DNA of 64,000 nucleotides from positions 3,592,443 through 3,656,442 of the forward strand of contig NW_003314265.1 in NCBI RefSeq assembly GCF_000143415.4, given 5' to 3'. The position numbers and the translations under genes are program-made. The notes under the pieces were generated by a model. That model was given only the letters and a program-made list of their open reading frames with translations, did no database searches and was not told the DNA's origin. The stretch is from Selaginella moellendorffii (taxonomy: Eukaryota; Plantae; Lycopodiophyta). Of this stretch, positions 11,496 through 24,299 are shown piece after piece. Within the stretch, counting starts at the first letter, position 1. Each line of letters starts with the position of its first letter.

Positions 11496-13230
11496 TCATC
11501 TTCGTCGTCTCACGCGCCTGAAGCGATCGAAATCGCCCATATGCGCTGCGTGGATGAGGCTGAGCATAAGAAAGTCAGGTATGGAGTGCTTGTCCTCTCG
11601 ACTAAGCTTGTTCTTCTCCATAACCTGGGGAAAACGCAAACCGCAGAGAAGAAGAATCACAAAAAAGAAGGATTTTCACGTACCTTATGAGCGTTCTTTG
11701 GAAGCGGCTGGATCGCTGGAGCCGTGGGAGCCCAGATCTTGACACTGTCGTCCATGCCGCTGGTGGCAAGAACGGTGACGCTGGGATGCGGCTCCAGACA
11801 ATTGACGACCTGGCGATCGCCCTCCATCATCGCGACGAGCTCCGCGCCTCGCTTCTTCCAGATGAAGATGTTGCCACAGTCGGAGCCACTGACCACGTAC
11901 TCGCAGTTTGGACCGAAAAAGTTGACGCCCTTGACGGTCTGCGCGTTCCTGTGGCCCTTGTAAACCTCGTACTCTTTCTTCTCGTTCTCCTCGTTTTGAT
12001 CTCCTTTGTCTCTTGCTTTTCCTTCGCGGTTGCCTTCCTCTTTGTTCTCTTCTTTGCTAACGTTACGCTTGCCTTCTTCTGCCTCGTTGGTGGCTTTGCC
12101 GCCTCCTTCGGCTTTGTTTGGAAACCGTGTGGCTGCTGCTGCTTCTTCCTTGGTGCTGGAAGAAGCGCTGGGACTTGGCGGAGAAGGGCCGAGTCCTCCA
12201 CCTTTGTCAAAGAGATAGATGAGCTCGTCGTTGTAGGAGATGAGGAGCTCCTCTTGCTGGGAGTACGCGACGCATGTAATGTGGACGTGCTGCTTGGTGC
12301 CGATGAGGTGCTTTGGAGCGAAGACGTCGACGGGGGAATCCACTTCGCCGCTGGAGCTGACCTTGCGGATGTCGTAGACTCGAGCAAACTCGTCGGATCC
12401 TCCCACGGCGAAATAGTTTGGGTTGCGCGGGTTGATGACAATGGCGTTGAGGTAGATCACGGGACGCCCCTTGCAAGTGACGATCTTCATGTTGCTGCCC
12501 TCTCGCAAATCGAACTGCAAGAGCCAAAATAAAAAGACAACTTTTCGAATGAAAACACCCCGAAAGGAAGAGAAAGAACGTTGGCTTACTTGACGAACAT
12601 CGCCATCTTCTCCACAGCTAAAAAATGTTCTCGGGCTTCCAGGCTCGATGGCAAGCTTGTGAGCTCGCCCTCGGTGCTGTGCCAGCTTCTTTGTGCTAAC
12701 ACAACCATTCTCAGGGATTACAGCATGCCTGACCTGTGAATGTAAAAGAGAAGAAAAAAAAAACAGAAGAAAAGAGCTTGGAAGCAAAGAACTTGAGAAG
12801 AATGTCACGTACTTGGCCATCGGCAGCACAGGTCACAACGCTTCGATCGTTGGAGAAAGGCATGATCCTGGCCTGGAACACATTGTTGTCATGGCCAGAG
12901 TTAAAAGAGAGTTTTTTGGAGCGAGCAGCCCAGTCCCAAAACACAATCTCTTTGTCGTCGGATCCAGAGACGAGAATGTCTCCGCTGGGATTAAAATGCA
13001 CAGTGTTGACGCATCCATCGTGGCCAGAGAGCTCAGCGTAGCGCTCCAAACGCTGGATTAAATCCTGGAGAGGAGGAAGAAGGGAGGATTGGTTTCTGGC
13101 AATGAACCTAGAAATCGATATGGAGAGGGAGATAAACCTTGCAACCGCCAATGTTTAAGGAGAATGCTCGCGGATGTATATTGCCAATCTGCCGCTCCCA
13201 TAGCTTGCCCAATTCAGAGCACTGTTTCAT
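11496..13230 (-). CDS. DCAF8/WDR42A-like WD40 protein (CUL4-DDB1 substrate receptor)
   Basis: LSGHDGCVNTVHFN..GDILVSGSDD, GHDNNVFQARIMPF, HRGRAHKLAIEPGSP, DWD-type RVYDIR, YKGHRNAQTVKGVNFFGPNCEYVVSGSDCGNIFIW, VVNCLEPHP. 3' end approximate. Confidence 0.92.
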
Positions 13231-13576
13231 CTTCTCATCGAGAAAAGACCTAATGGCATCATCTACAAAGATCACCCATCGTTAATAAATTATGTGTATC
13301 ACGTCACCATTATTGTTATAATTAGCTATGTTGCCTAGTCAGTAAAATATTATTTTGATTGTCATAATTTTGTTATATTAAAAATTAAATTGAAATAGTA
13401 TTAAAACAATAAATATTGTATTTCACTTTGAAAGAAGAATTGAGGGAATTATGTAACAAATGCTAGGTGAATATAAAAATCAATTCTTGTAAACTTGGAT
13501 AATATAAATATCTAGAACAAAACATATTCCTAGGCATAAGTAAGAATAAATATTCATTAATAAAATATTAGATATA

Positions 13577-13750
13577 TGAATGCTTGGAATATGGAAAGAG
13601 AATACAGAAAATGTGCATATTAATTAACCCAAAAACCCTAATTTATATACAGGAGCAAGTGGTCCAAATTGAAACTAATTTAACAACTATCAAAATCCCA
13701 CTACACTAATATTAGTATACGGCATCAGAGCCATACACTTAGCCCTCACA
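13577..13750 (-). repeat. 3' LTR of the Gypsy element
   Basis: TG...CA termini, adjacent to the PPT, about 85% identical to 17330-17498. Confidence 0.9.
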
Positions 13751-16700
13751 TCATCCCTCCTCTCAAAATAATGGAAAACCATTAGGGTTCTCTTGTAGTC
13801 GAGCCGAGATCTAGAGGAATATTAGGAGGAGGCATCGGCAGATTTATAGGTGGTATTAATTGCTCCTGATCCCTTTGTATGAAGCGTTTCAATCGTTGCA
13901 CATGCACAATCTTTGGAGGATTGGCCTATTAAACATCATGCCGAACCTCATAAATTTGTGGTCCAACTTGCTACAACACTTGATTCGGTCCTTTCCACTG
14001 CACAAGGAGCCCTTTAAATAAACCACGTATGTAAGATGGGGAAAACGGACTAACACCAAATCATCCACTTTGTACTCTGTAGGTGAACGATGATAAAAGT
14101 TATAGCGCCGTTGTTGTCCTACTTGTATGCAGCCTAAGTGTTCGGTAGACTCTGCTCAGATAAATGGAAGAATGCTCATCAAATACTGATCCCATAACTT
14201 AGCATCGGTAGCTCGCAGCAATCGTGAAGTTAAACCCAAGTCCATTGGTAATATTGGATCATGACCATATAAAAGTTTATATGGTGAAGCACCAACAAAA
14301 CTTTGCACCCCTATGATATATGCATACCGAAAAGATGATAAATAACCATCCCAATCCGAATGTTGAAAGTTCACATACTTCGCAATCATCTCTTTGAATG
14401 TCCGAATGAGTTGTTCCACCAAACCGTTTGATTATGGATGATAAGCACTCGTGAAAGTGTAGTGTATCCCCAACTGAGATGTCAAAACATGAAATGCCTC
14501 AATTATAAATGTGGGACTATTATCCGAAAAAATCCACTTTAGACAAGAATGCTGAAACACCACTCAATTGAGGAGGAAGTATTCAACAACAGTTGTAGAG
14601 GCGTTAGTAAGAGCACCAACTTCCACCCAACGAGTCAAATAGTTAGAAGTAATAATAATATACTTATTACCAGTAATCAACTATGGAAAAGGTTCCATAA
14701 GGTTAAACGCTACTAACTTAAACAGACAGGAAATTGCAATTGACTCCAACCATCCTTCCGCAGCACGAGAGGGAGTATTACGAGCTTGGCACCAAATGCA
14801 ACTACGCACATATTGGATAATATCACGTCGCATCTTCGGCCAATAGAAAGACATACACAACTTCTCAGTTACACGACGATGTCCCATATGCCCACCTAGA
14901 ACAAGAGAATCATGGTAGGCATGGAAAAACTGTGGAATAAAGACAAAAGGCACCACTAGCCATAAATGATCACCAGGATCCATCCTCATAAAATAAAGAA
15001 GGCTATCTTCAAAGTGATATTGAAAATGTAAATGCTGGAAAGGCAAGTCATTAGCAAGTGATGCAGGATTCACATACCCATCTCGAAGCCTTCGAATCCA
15101 TAGCTCAATTTTTTAAGTCTCGCGAACCTCATCAAAAGAAGGTAGATTTTGCTCTGTGTCTTGTGGACACTGAACGTTAAGTACAATAACCGCTGATGGC
15201 ACAGAATCCTTGTCTAAAAAATCCACAAATGCTAGAACAACAGACTCGTCAAAAACATGATAAAAGAGTGGAGAAGGAAGAGGAGCTCGAGAAAGGGCAT
15301 TAGCATCAGCCATAGAACTCCCTGGGGGATGAACAACATCAAAATCATATATCTGAAGCTTCAAAGCCCATCGAGTAGTACGCCCGATGTCTTGAAGCAA
15401 GTGTTGCACCCAAAATTTGGGATTTAGAAGGTCCTATGGTCAAGTCTTGTGGTACCAAGGGATGTTAAGAACTTGGAGGCTTGGTGTGCTTGGCTACTTG
15501 TGCCTGTGGGGAGTGTAACCGAACCTTAAATCCAATCTAACCCAGAAAGGGAGATTGGGAGAGATTTGGAAAATCTGTGGATGGATGGCTAATGCTCCAT
15601 TGCTTATGCAGTGAGTAGCTAAAATCAAGTAGGACCAAGTAAGAGTTGGTACAATAGACGGGAACCTTGGCGAGGGAATTTAGCTAAAGCCAAGGCAATG
15701 TTGGTTGGATAGACAAGGTAAGTTGGCAAATTGGAAAGGAAAAAATTGTGGCTTACAACTTGGCATGATTGCACTGCAACCAATCCATACCAAGAATGAG
15801 GTCAAAAACTTGACTTAGCACCACCCACAATAACTACAACTCAAGCTCGAGATCACTCACACACACAACCAAGTCTGCCTGATCCCATGCATATGCATGT
15901 GTATAGCCATTGCCATAAAGAATGAAAATTGGTTTTGCCGCACGACGCAAGTGTAGACGGCAACGTGTGGCAACACGTTGAGCAATAGGAGATAAACTCA
16001 AACCTGTATCAACCAACATGGAGAGAATAATAAAAGACCTCTTGTAATAAAAAGAAGCTTGGAAAGTAAACACTAGATGAACCGGTGCCAAGTGAACCCC
16101 TTGATGATACTCCTGAAAGAAAGATGGAGGGGTCATTGACTTATTTGCGCAAGGTCTCTCTGTTACTCGTGCGACTCTTTGTTTCCCGGATGCATCTCAG
16201 TGCCAGACCTTGAATTGCAGCAGCACCAACGGGACATTGCTAACACCAAGGTCTCCACCCAAGAAATGGAGGTTGCCAATCTGGAAAATGCCAACAATAT
16301 CAATAAGTATGACCAACTTCATCACGCGCCCAGTAACAAACATCATGGCCACAACCACGTCCTTGCCCTTGTCCTTGGACTTGAGCAACAGCAGCATTAA
16401 CCTCCATTGGAACAGGACCATCACCCATAGGAAGTGGAGCTGAAGGACGTGTAGCGAGAAGTGAAAGAAGTGACATCTCATAATGTTGTGCCAAGCGAAG
16501 AGCATCATCAATGGTGATGGGAGCAAGTGAATGCACAAGTCCGACAAGATCTTGACGAAGTGTTGGCCACAACATTTCTAGCTTGATCCGCTCCGACATA
16601 TTTGGCTCCACACGAAGCAAAAGACTTCGGAAACAAACGCCAAATTGCATCACCGACTCAAATAGCTCTTGGCAAAGATGATGGAATTGTTGAAAGGCAT

Positions 16701-17329
16701 CATCACAATCGTCAGCATGTCGGAAAATGCGTTTGAAAACGTCCGAGAGAACACTCCAATCCCCACGAGTGGCTACGCTCAAAGCATTGTACCACTACAA
16801 CGCTGTCCCTTGGAGACACGTGGGAAACTCACGCAAACATCGAACATCATCCTAAGAATGATATGTGGCAATCACCGTGAAGTGATCAAACCAATTATAC
16901 ACATCATCCCTAGGATTGCTGTGAAAGAATTCTGGCTGAACACGAGGATTGGCACCAAGAGTAAAAGGAGTTATACCACGTGCTATGAACACCGCTATTA
17001 ATTGAGTTTGGTTGTTCAATTGCAAGCCCATAGCATCAAACAATTGTACCAACTGCTACTCTAGAGTCAAAGGAGGAGATTGTTGATCTGCTATAAAGAT
17101 GAACAAAAAAGAAAGAGTAAAAGAAGAGAAATGACAAAAAGCTAGAAAGAAATAATAGATCTAGACAATGCAAAAAGCTAAATCTCAACTAAAATCTTGA
17201 AAGGAAAGAACAAATAAAAGGAAATGGAAAAAGTTAAATCTAAACAATGCAAAAGTTAGATTTAAATCAAAATCTCAAATCCAAGTACTCTTCAAGGACA
17301 ATCAAAAGTGCCCCTCACCTCCACCAATA

Positions 17330-17498
17330 TGAGTGCTTGGAATATAGAAAGGGAATACAGAAAATGTGTATATCAATTAACCCAAAAGCCCTAACTTATA
17401 TATAGGAGCGAGTGGTTCGAATTGAAACCAATCTGACAGCTACCAAAATCCCATTACATTAATATCAGTGCATTATAGTTGTACACTTGGCCCTCATA
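17330..17498 (-). repeat. 5' LTR of the Gypsy element
   Basis: Adjacent to the PBS; terminal CA mutated to TA on the + strand. Confidence 0.9.
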
Positions 17499-18697
17499 GA
17501 TACAAATAATTCTTTGGAAATATAAATAATTAGAAAAATATCTGACCTAGAAAAAATTAAAATGAAATTTCTATTATTATTAATATGTTATACATAAATT
17601 ATATTTTTACTTGGGATAAACTTATATTAAGATTTTATCAAATAAAAATGAAAAATCACTAAGATTAATTATTACTCATTTATTTCGAATATTTCGAAAA
17701 TAAAACAATAAAGTTTTATAAATATTAATATATTACTACCAAGATCAATTCAAGAAAATAATTACTAGCAAAATCTTTTGTAAATATATATGCTATAGAA
17801 ACTGTAATTCCATAGTATTATTTACTAATAAATTATAATTACAGTTAGGAAAAAGATTTCAAATATTACTGCTTAATTAAATATTGCATACAGTATCTTA
17901 GTTTTTCGAATAATGAGTTAGATTGTAAATAGCTAAGGCTACATATAAAAATATAATATATACTTCTATTGTTAAAATTGATTTGCTTTTTTGTATTAAC
18001 ACTTGAAACTTTGATCAGGATCCTACACATACATAAAACTAAGTCAACCCACATTTGATTTTGGGTTTCATATGTTATAGTGATATTTAGACCGGCCATT
18101 TATATAAAATATAGTTTTCTTTACTATATTTTTAAATACTGTTAAATTAAATTATAAAAGTTAATTTTGACCTAAAATATTCAAATATTATATTACTTTA
18201 TAAAACTAGGTAAAGTTGATTATTTTATTCATAAAGCATTAAAAATAAAGCTATTCACTTAAAATTAGATATTCACTCTCGAGTAACCTATTCAACAAAG
18301 TTCAAATCTCTAGTAGTTTTGGATTTTGATTTCGTGATGCAACCAAAAACACACATAATCTATCACCTCATGGATACAACTTGTCATGCAAGAGCATTGT
18401 GTATTACCATATGGATAGCCTAAAATCTTTTTATACCACACTTCTATCACTATAGCAGAACTTACTATTAGAGTCTAGCTAGCACTTAGCACCTAATGTC
18501 CCAATCTTTGCACCCATGAATTTACTTGGTAAAGAAAGTAAAAAACTTAGCATCATGATGACTATGTAGATCTAGCACAATGAGAAGCATGTAATCTACT
18601 CCTCTAGTGCCAGTGGCTGAGAAACTACATGTCAAGCAATTTTTCAATGTAATGGCCAACATAATCCTCCCAATGTAAAGATCACAAAGAAAGTTAC

Positions 18698-19190
18698 CAT
18701 CTAAGCATAAGCTCAAGCCAAGATTAATTGCCACAGCTATTGCTGCAAGATCTCACTCCACTTTTGCATTTTCTAGAGCTTGTGCTACCACCTAAAAAAC
18801 ATAAAAGAACTCTTAAAACTTCCATTGAAAGGAGAATAGCTTACTTTGTTGATTGCTTACTCATGGTTTAGATGTGCTACTAGAGGCATCACACCACTAT
18901 ACTATCGAAGAAACTTTGTGTTGAATCTAAAGAAACAAAACAAAATAGAATAAAAACAAAGAAGAGAGAAAAAAAAAAGTACTTGTGATCTTAGTGACTC
19001 TCCCAAAATCTTTCTATCACTAGTGACCTGATACAAAGTTTGAGAAAATGCAATCTCACTGCAAGAAAATCCACTTACAACAGCACCTCCAGTATTGTTG
19101 CAGCTCATCTCAATTCCCAAAACAGGCAATAGACCAGCAGCCATAGCAAGAAAAGAAAGGGTGCCATGCAGGAATTTGCGCATTTGGGAC
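18698..19190 (-). pseudogene. GCP1: 5' fragment pseudogene of organellar TsaD/GCP1 (t6A threonylcarbamoyltransferase), introns retained
   Basis: Spliced translation LPVLGIEMSCNNTGGAV|VTSDRKILGESLRSQ|KFLR*YSGVMPLVAHLNHE*AINK|VVAQALENAKVE*DLAAIAVAINLGLSLCL follows the TsaD pattern VLGIETSCDDT.AAVV...QYGGV.P...H...AL..A....DL.A.AVT.GPGL..CL; contains in-frame stops. Confidence 0.8.
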
Positions 19191-19457
19191 AAATATGAGA
19201 TGTTATTGCGAAGGATTGGCAAGGGTATGTGCCAGAGCTTGCAAAACCCCAAAATTTAGGGAAAGAGATTTAAATATAAAAACCTGAAGGCAATAATAAT
19301 CAGGCCCATTGTCATAGTAGACACTCTCCACTAAACTCTAAAATTTGCCCTCTTAATTTCAACAAGTCTCCATTGCAAAAGGTTTGAGTATCAATGCTAG
19401 TTAACACTTTATATGTAAGCACCTTCTTCTCTCACCCCAAGCAAACATCAATATGAT

Positions 19458-20172
19458 NNNNNNNNNNNNNNNNNNNNNNNNNNNNNNNNNNNNNNNNNNN
19501 NNNNNNNNNNNNNNNNNNNNNNNNNNNNNNNNNNNNNNNNNNNNNNNNNNNNNNNNNNNNNNNNNNNNNNNNNNNNNNNNNNNNNNNNNNNNNNNNNNNN
19601 NNNNNNNNNNNNNNNNNNNNNNNNNNNNNNNNNNNNNNNNNNNNNNNNNNNNNNNNNNNNNNNNNNNNNNNNNNNNNNNNNNNNNNNNNNNNNNNNNNNN
19701 NNNNNNNNNNNNNNNNNNNNNNNNNNNNNNNNNNNNNNNNNNNNNNNNNNNNNNNNNNNNNNNNNNNNNNNNNNNNNNNNNNNNNNNNNNNNNNNNNNNN
19801 NNNNNNNNNNNNNNNNNNNNNNNNNNNNNNNNNNNNNNNNNNNNNNNNNNNNNNNNNNNNNNNNNNNNNNNNNNNNNNNNNNNNNNNNNNNNNNNNNNNN
19901 NNNNNNNNNNNNNNNNNNNNNNNNNNNNNNNNNNNNNNNNNNNNNNNNNNNNNNNNNNNNNNNNNNNNNNNNNNNNNNNNNNNNNNNNNNNNNNNNNNNN
20001 NNNNNNNNNNNNNNNNNNNNNNNNNNNNNNNNNNNNNNNNNNNNNNNNNNNNNNNNNNNNNNNNNNNNNNNNNNNNNNNNNNNNNNNNNNNNNNNNNNNN
20101 NNNNNNNNNNNNNNNNNNNNNNNNNNNNNNNNNNNNNNNNNNNNNNNNNNNNNNNNNNNNNNNNNNNNNNNN
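19458..20172. other. Assembly gap (715 N)
   Basis: Run of n. Confidence 1.
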
Positions 20173-20279
<107 letters not shown>

Positions 20280-22153
20280 TAATATAGCAATTTTTTAGCC
20301 TATAAATATTTTTCAAATATTTTAGATATTATCTTAAGATATAATTATCCTTTTTTTGTTTAAAGAAATTTTTAAAAAATCTTATAAATTATGAATTTTT
20401 TTTAAACATCTTTCAATCTAATAAAAATAAAATTACCTTTAAGATTGAAGCATAAGAAATCAATCTTGCATTTAAAAGTGTCATCTTGAGTCTCTAGACT
20501 TCACCATTAATACTCAGAAATAGAAAGTTGTAATTAAAACTATTTAGGACTAAATAAACAAGTGAATAAGCACTTAAACCCTATCCTTATCTTTTTTGTA
20601 TTCCATCATTAATGCACATCCATATGCTCAAGATCCAAAGAATAATGCTAAGCCTATCCTTACTCACAATTTTGATAAGAGCTTTTTTATAGATTAAATA
20701 ATTTAAGTTGCTTTTCTTTCTCATCCTTTGTGTGTTTGTTTATATTTAATTTAAGAATTGCTATAATAGTGCATAAGATCAAACTAAGCAAATCAATCAT
20801 TCTTCTCTTTTATTTTCTTTTTCTCTTTCTCTCTCTTTTGCGATACAAATTTTTCGTTAGTGACCACAATTTTTTTTTCTTTAAAGATCATGAAGAATTC
20901 GAAAAGAAAAGAGTTGTCTTTATTTTCTTCTAAAGTAAAACAAAATTCCTTTGCCATGAAGTTCTTTATAATAATATTGATGATTGATTTTAGGCCCTTT
21001 ATGCTTTATATTTTATCCTCAATAAACTTATGAATTTTTTCTCTATCCTTTTACTCCTTCCCCTTTGAACTTTGTGTTTATGCTCACTAATATAAATTGT
21101 TAAATGAGTGTTATATAGTTAGTAATAATTTATCTTGGTACTGCAAATAGAATAATATTGTGGAAAGACTTTGTATTACAAACAACGTAATGATCTTTTA
21201 TTGTCACAAATATAACTTTGGGTATTGAAAGATATATATGTCAATCAGTCTTTATAAATAATCTCAATTTACTACCACAATTGTAGGAAATAAATATTAT
21301 TGTTTTACTTTGTTAGCCCCTATTGTTTAAGTGTTAGTAAAAGCTTTTGATAGGCTTGTGGACCACTCTTGAGCTCACAAGCTGAAGAGTTGAGTTTGTG
21401 AGTTAAGCTCAATTTTCAACTATAATTTAATACAATATTATAAACTTTAAGCTATTAAGGTTATGATGAACTTAATTATTTTAGAACTTTCTACACATTA
21501 TATAGATTAAAATGTTCTAAAGGACACTTCTTGTTATAAAAATTTAAATATTAATTATATGCCATAATAGGGATGTTTGTTAGAACATATAATAAGATGT
21601 TTGCAAAAAAATATTCTTGTCACTTTTTTAAACCTGTACTCTATGCTTGCTAGTTAGTAAATGTCAAGTTTTTCAGAATTAGAAATTTATTAAACTTGAA
21701 ATAAGATTCAATGTAAAATGTTTGGAAGGAAAAAAAAAAACTATTGATGTATATAAAAGAGACACTTAGTTCTTCTTTAGCAACCATCTCAGAATAATTA
21801 ATATAACTAAAGACTAATAAGAAATATTAACATAGACCTAGTCAATGAAGATGAATGTGAAAATAAACAAAAAATTTAATTTCTCATATGAACTCAGAAG
21901 AAGAAAATGATTTTTTAAGATGACAAAATGATGACAAAATTGAAAAACAAAAAAAATCATAATGAAATAAGGAAATTTCAAGAGAAGAATGACAAGAAGC
22001 TAAAAATCTTATCAAAATAGTGCAACAAGGCTGTAAGAAACAAATCCCAAAGCCCCAAAAGTGGAGCTGAAGGCTCATGTAATACTGCGGTGTTTCAAAA
22101 TATTCTCCCAAAGTCTTAAACTAAGAAAAGGAAGAAGAGCAATTCTTTTATAT

Positions 22154-22617
22154 TGTAGCACACTTTATCTCTCTCCCCTTAAACTAACTGGAAAGGGGGC
22201 ATTTGCTTGATGAGAGAGCCCTTAGTGGCTATTTTATCCCCATTTGTCCCCCAAGGTTCTAAAGATTCACGGTGACAATATATCCAAATCTCATCCCATG
22301 ATCACATGCGCTACACTTAACCCCCCTTTAGAGATCTCAATGTCCTCATTGACTATTGACTAATAACCTCTACTGAGCCAAGGGGAACCAGCACCTCCAT
22401 TTCCAACCCATTTCTTTATTTCCATCGAACCCGTGCCATTTGCTTTGATACCAACTGTAGTGCACCTTATTTCTCTCCCCTTAAGCCAACTGGAAAAGGG
22501 GCAATTGCTTGATGAGAGAGCCTTTAGTGGCTATTTTATCCCCATTTGTCCTCCAAGGTTCCAAGGATCCACGGTGACAATATATCTAAATCTCATCCCA
22601 TGATCACATGCGTTACA
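22154..22617 (-). mobile_element. TRIM (terminal-repeat retrotransposon in miniature), complete
   Basis: 162-bp TG..CA repeats at 22154-22315 and 22456-22617; 140-bp non-coding interior; minus-strand PBS TGGTATCAAAGC (iMet-type, one mismatch) and PPT AAAGGGGGG; perfect 5-bp TSD TATAT. Confidence 0.92.
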
Positions 22618-24299
22618 TATATAGTGATCAAGAATGCAATCATGTGACAAGGAAGTCCTAGAGGCAAATGGGGTGTAATGGTTAGACATATGGGCCTTGA
22701 CTTAGTGGTAGTGTTTGCAAACATGGCTGTGGATGGAAAGGGACTTGGTACCAAAAAAGGGATATTGGGGAAGGGTTTTCCTTATATTTATGAGCATTCT
22801 AAGGATGCTAAGGAATGGATGATCAATCATGGACAAATGGCTTAATCCTTAAAAGACGGGACTGTGATGTAGGTGGTGTTGGATCACCAATGTGACAAAA
22901 GTGAATAGACATAACCTTAGCGTAATGTGTTGATATGTCAATGGTAACTTTGGGTGTCGATTACAGGATCAAACATATGGAGCACTTGGACCAAATGAAA
23001 AGCTTGAGTGGCATAGATGCCATTTTCAAAGCTGGCAAGTTGCTAAGTCCGAAATAAGATTATGGAGATTGTGAGTAACACTCTTCCATATGGTTGAAGG
23101 TGTGGTTAAGTGATTAAAATAGAATGGAAACATCTAATTGCTTACAAGGACCTTTAATAATAAAAATCTAAAATAAAAAACAATTAAGAAATTGCAATCC
23201 AACCCTTAATAAAACATGAGAAGCAACCACAACTTATAAACAAAATTCACGAACAAAGTATCACTCTTACCCATATTTATTCTTTTGCATATCACCCCAT
23301 ATTTGAAGAACTAATTAATCAAAATTTGTCAAACACCAACATAAGCACAATCAACTCAAGTAAAAAAAAATAGCAATGCTTTAATTCATAAAATTAACAT
23401 TTAATCTAGTGACTTTGATAAGAATGTACCATGTATTCTAATCCAGATAAAAAATAACAAAATCCCTCAGAAAATAATTAATAAAGTTGCAAATATCACT
23501 ATTGTCAAATACTTAATATATAAAACAATAGAACTTGGACCAATTCAACTAACACTCTTCAATATAGAAATTGTTGACAAAAAAAATATATAACCATTTA
23601 GAATCATCTGAAATATCCTAATCAAGATCAAAGATTAAGAGTTCAATTTCAAAAGTAACTTTTATTATATTTAAGATAGTTAAAAAACAATAGTCTTATT
23701 AAATATTTTTTGGATAAATCTAGCTTAAGATAGCAAATGCAGTCACATACTACTGAAAGAACATAATCACCTTTGAGAAACATTAAAGTATTCCTTAACT
23801 CTCTAAAGTACAACAAAGATAATTCTGAAGAAATTCTGACAAATTATTATTGAATGTTATAATTGAAATGACAACCTCAATGATTATGAAGAAGTATAAA
23901 TCTTGAAAGCATATGCAAAATTAAAGTCCCTTTTTAAAGTTGATCTCAACTGAGTTATCCTAAACCCCAATTTACTCAATAAAATTTAAAATTCAAGAAA
24001 ATAAACTCAAGAAAAAGTTCTTGACTCAAAAAAATCTAACACTCAAAACTATACCAACAAATGCTTAGAAAATAGTGTGATCAATTGAGAATCAAATTTA
24101 AGCAACTCTAACCAATTTAAAAACAAATTAATTTCAAAGAAGAACTAACTATTTGATAAAAAAGATCTCAACTCATGCCAATTTTTAACCTTAAATAATT
24201 AATTGAATAAATTAACTTATGAATGGAAAATGATCTAAAGAAAGCTTTATATTGATAAAAATTTAGAGCATGAGGAAGCAATTGACATTCTTGATAAGT

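Larger units (their letters stand above)
13577..17498 (-). mobile_element. Degenerate, internally deleted Ty3/Gypsy LTR retrotransposon (gag-PR-[RT/RH missing]-INT)
   Basis: Direct repeats 13577-13750 and 17330-17498; minus-strand PBS TGGTGGAGGTGAGGGG and PPT GAGAGGAGGGATGA; flanks GATATA/GATACA. Remnants of gag (PEFFH..DDVYNWF), protease (MLVDTG), RH tail (RWALKLQIYDFDVVH..ADANALSR), integrase Zn finger (H..GGHMG..FYWPKM..C..CQ) and core. Confidence 0.93.

Noticed and set aside
11687-12532. 281-aa plus-strand ORF
   Set aside because: Antisense shadow of the GC-rich DCAF8-like exon; no independent features.
22154-22617. Cassandra element or retrozyme identity for the TRIM
   Set aside because: No 5S A/C boxes and no hammerhead core recognised in the LTRs.
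22620-22965. Possible solo LTR (TATAGTGATC...GATTACA)
   Set aside because: Termini degenerate, no clear TSD and no second copy in the window.
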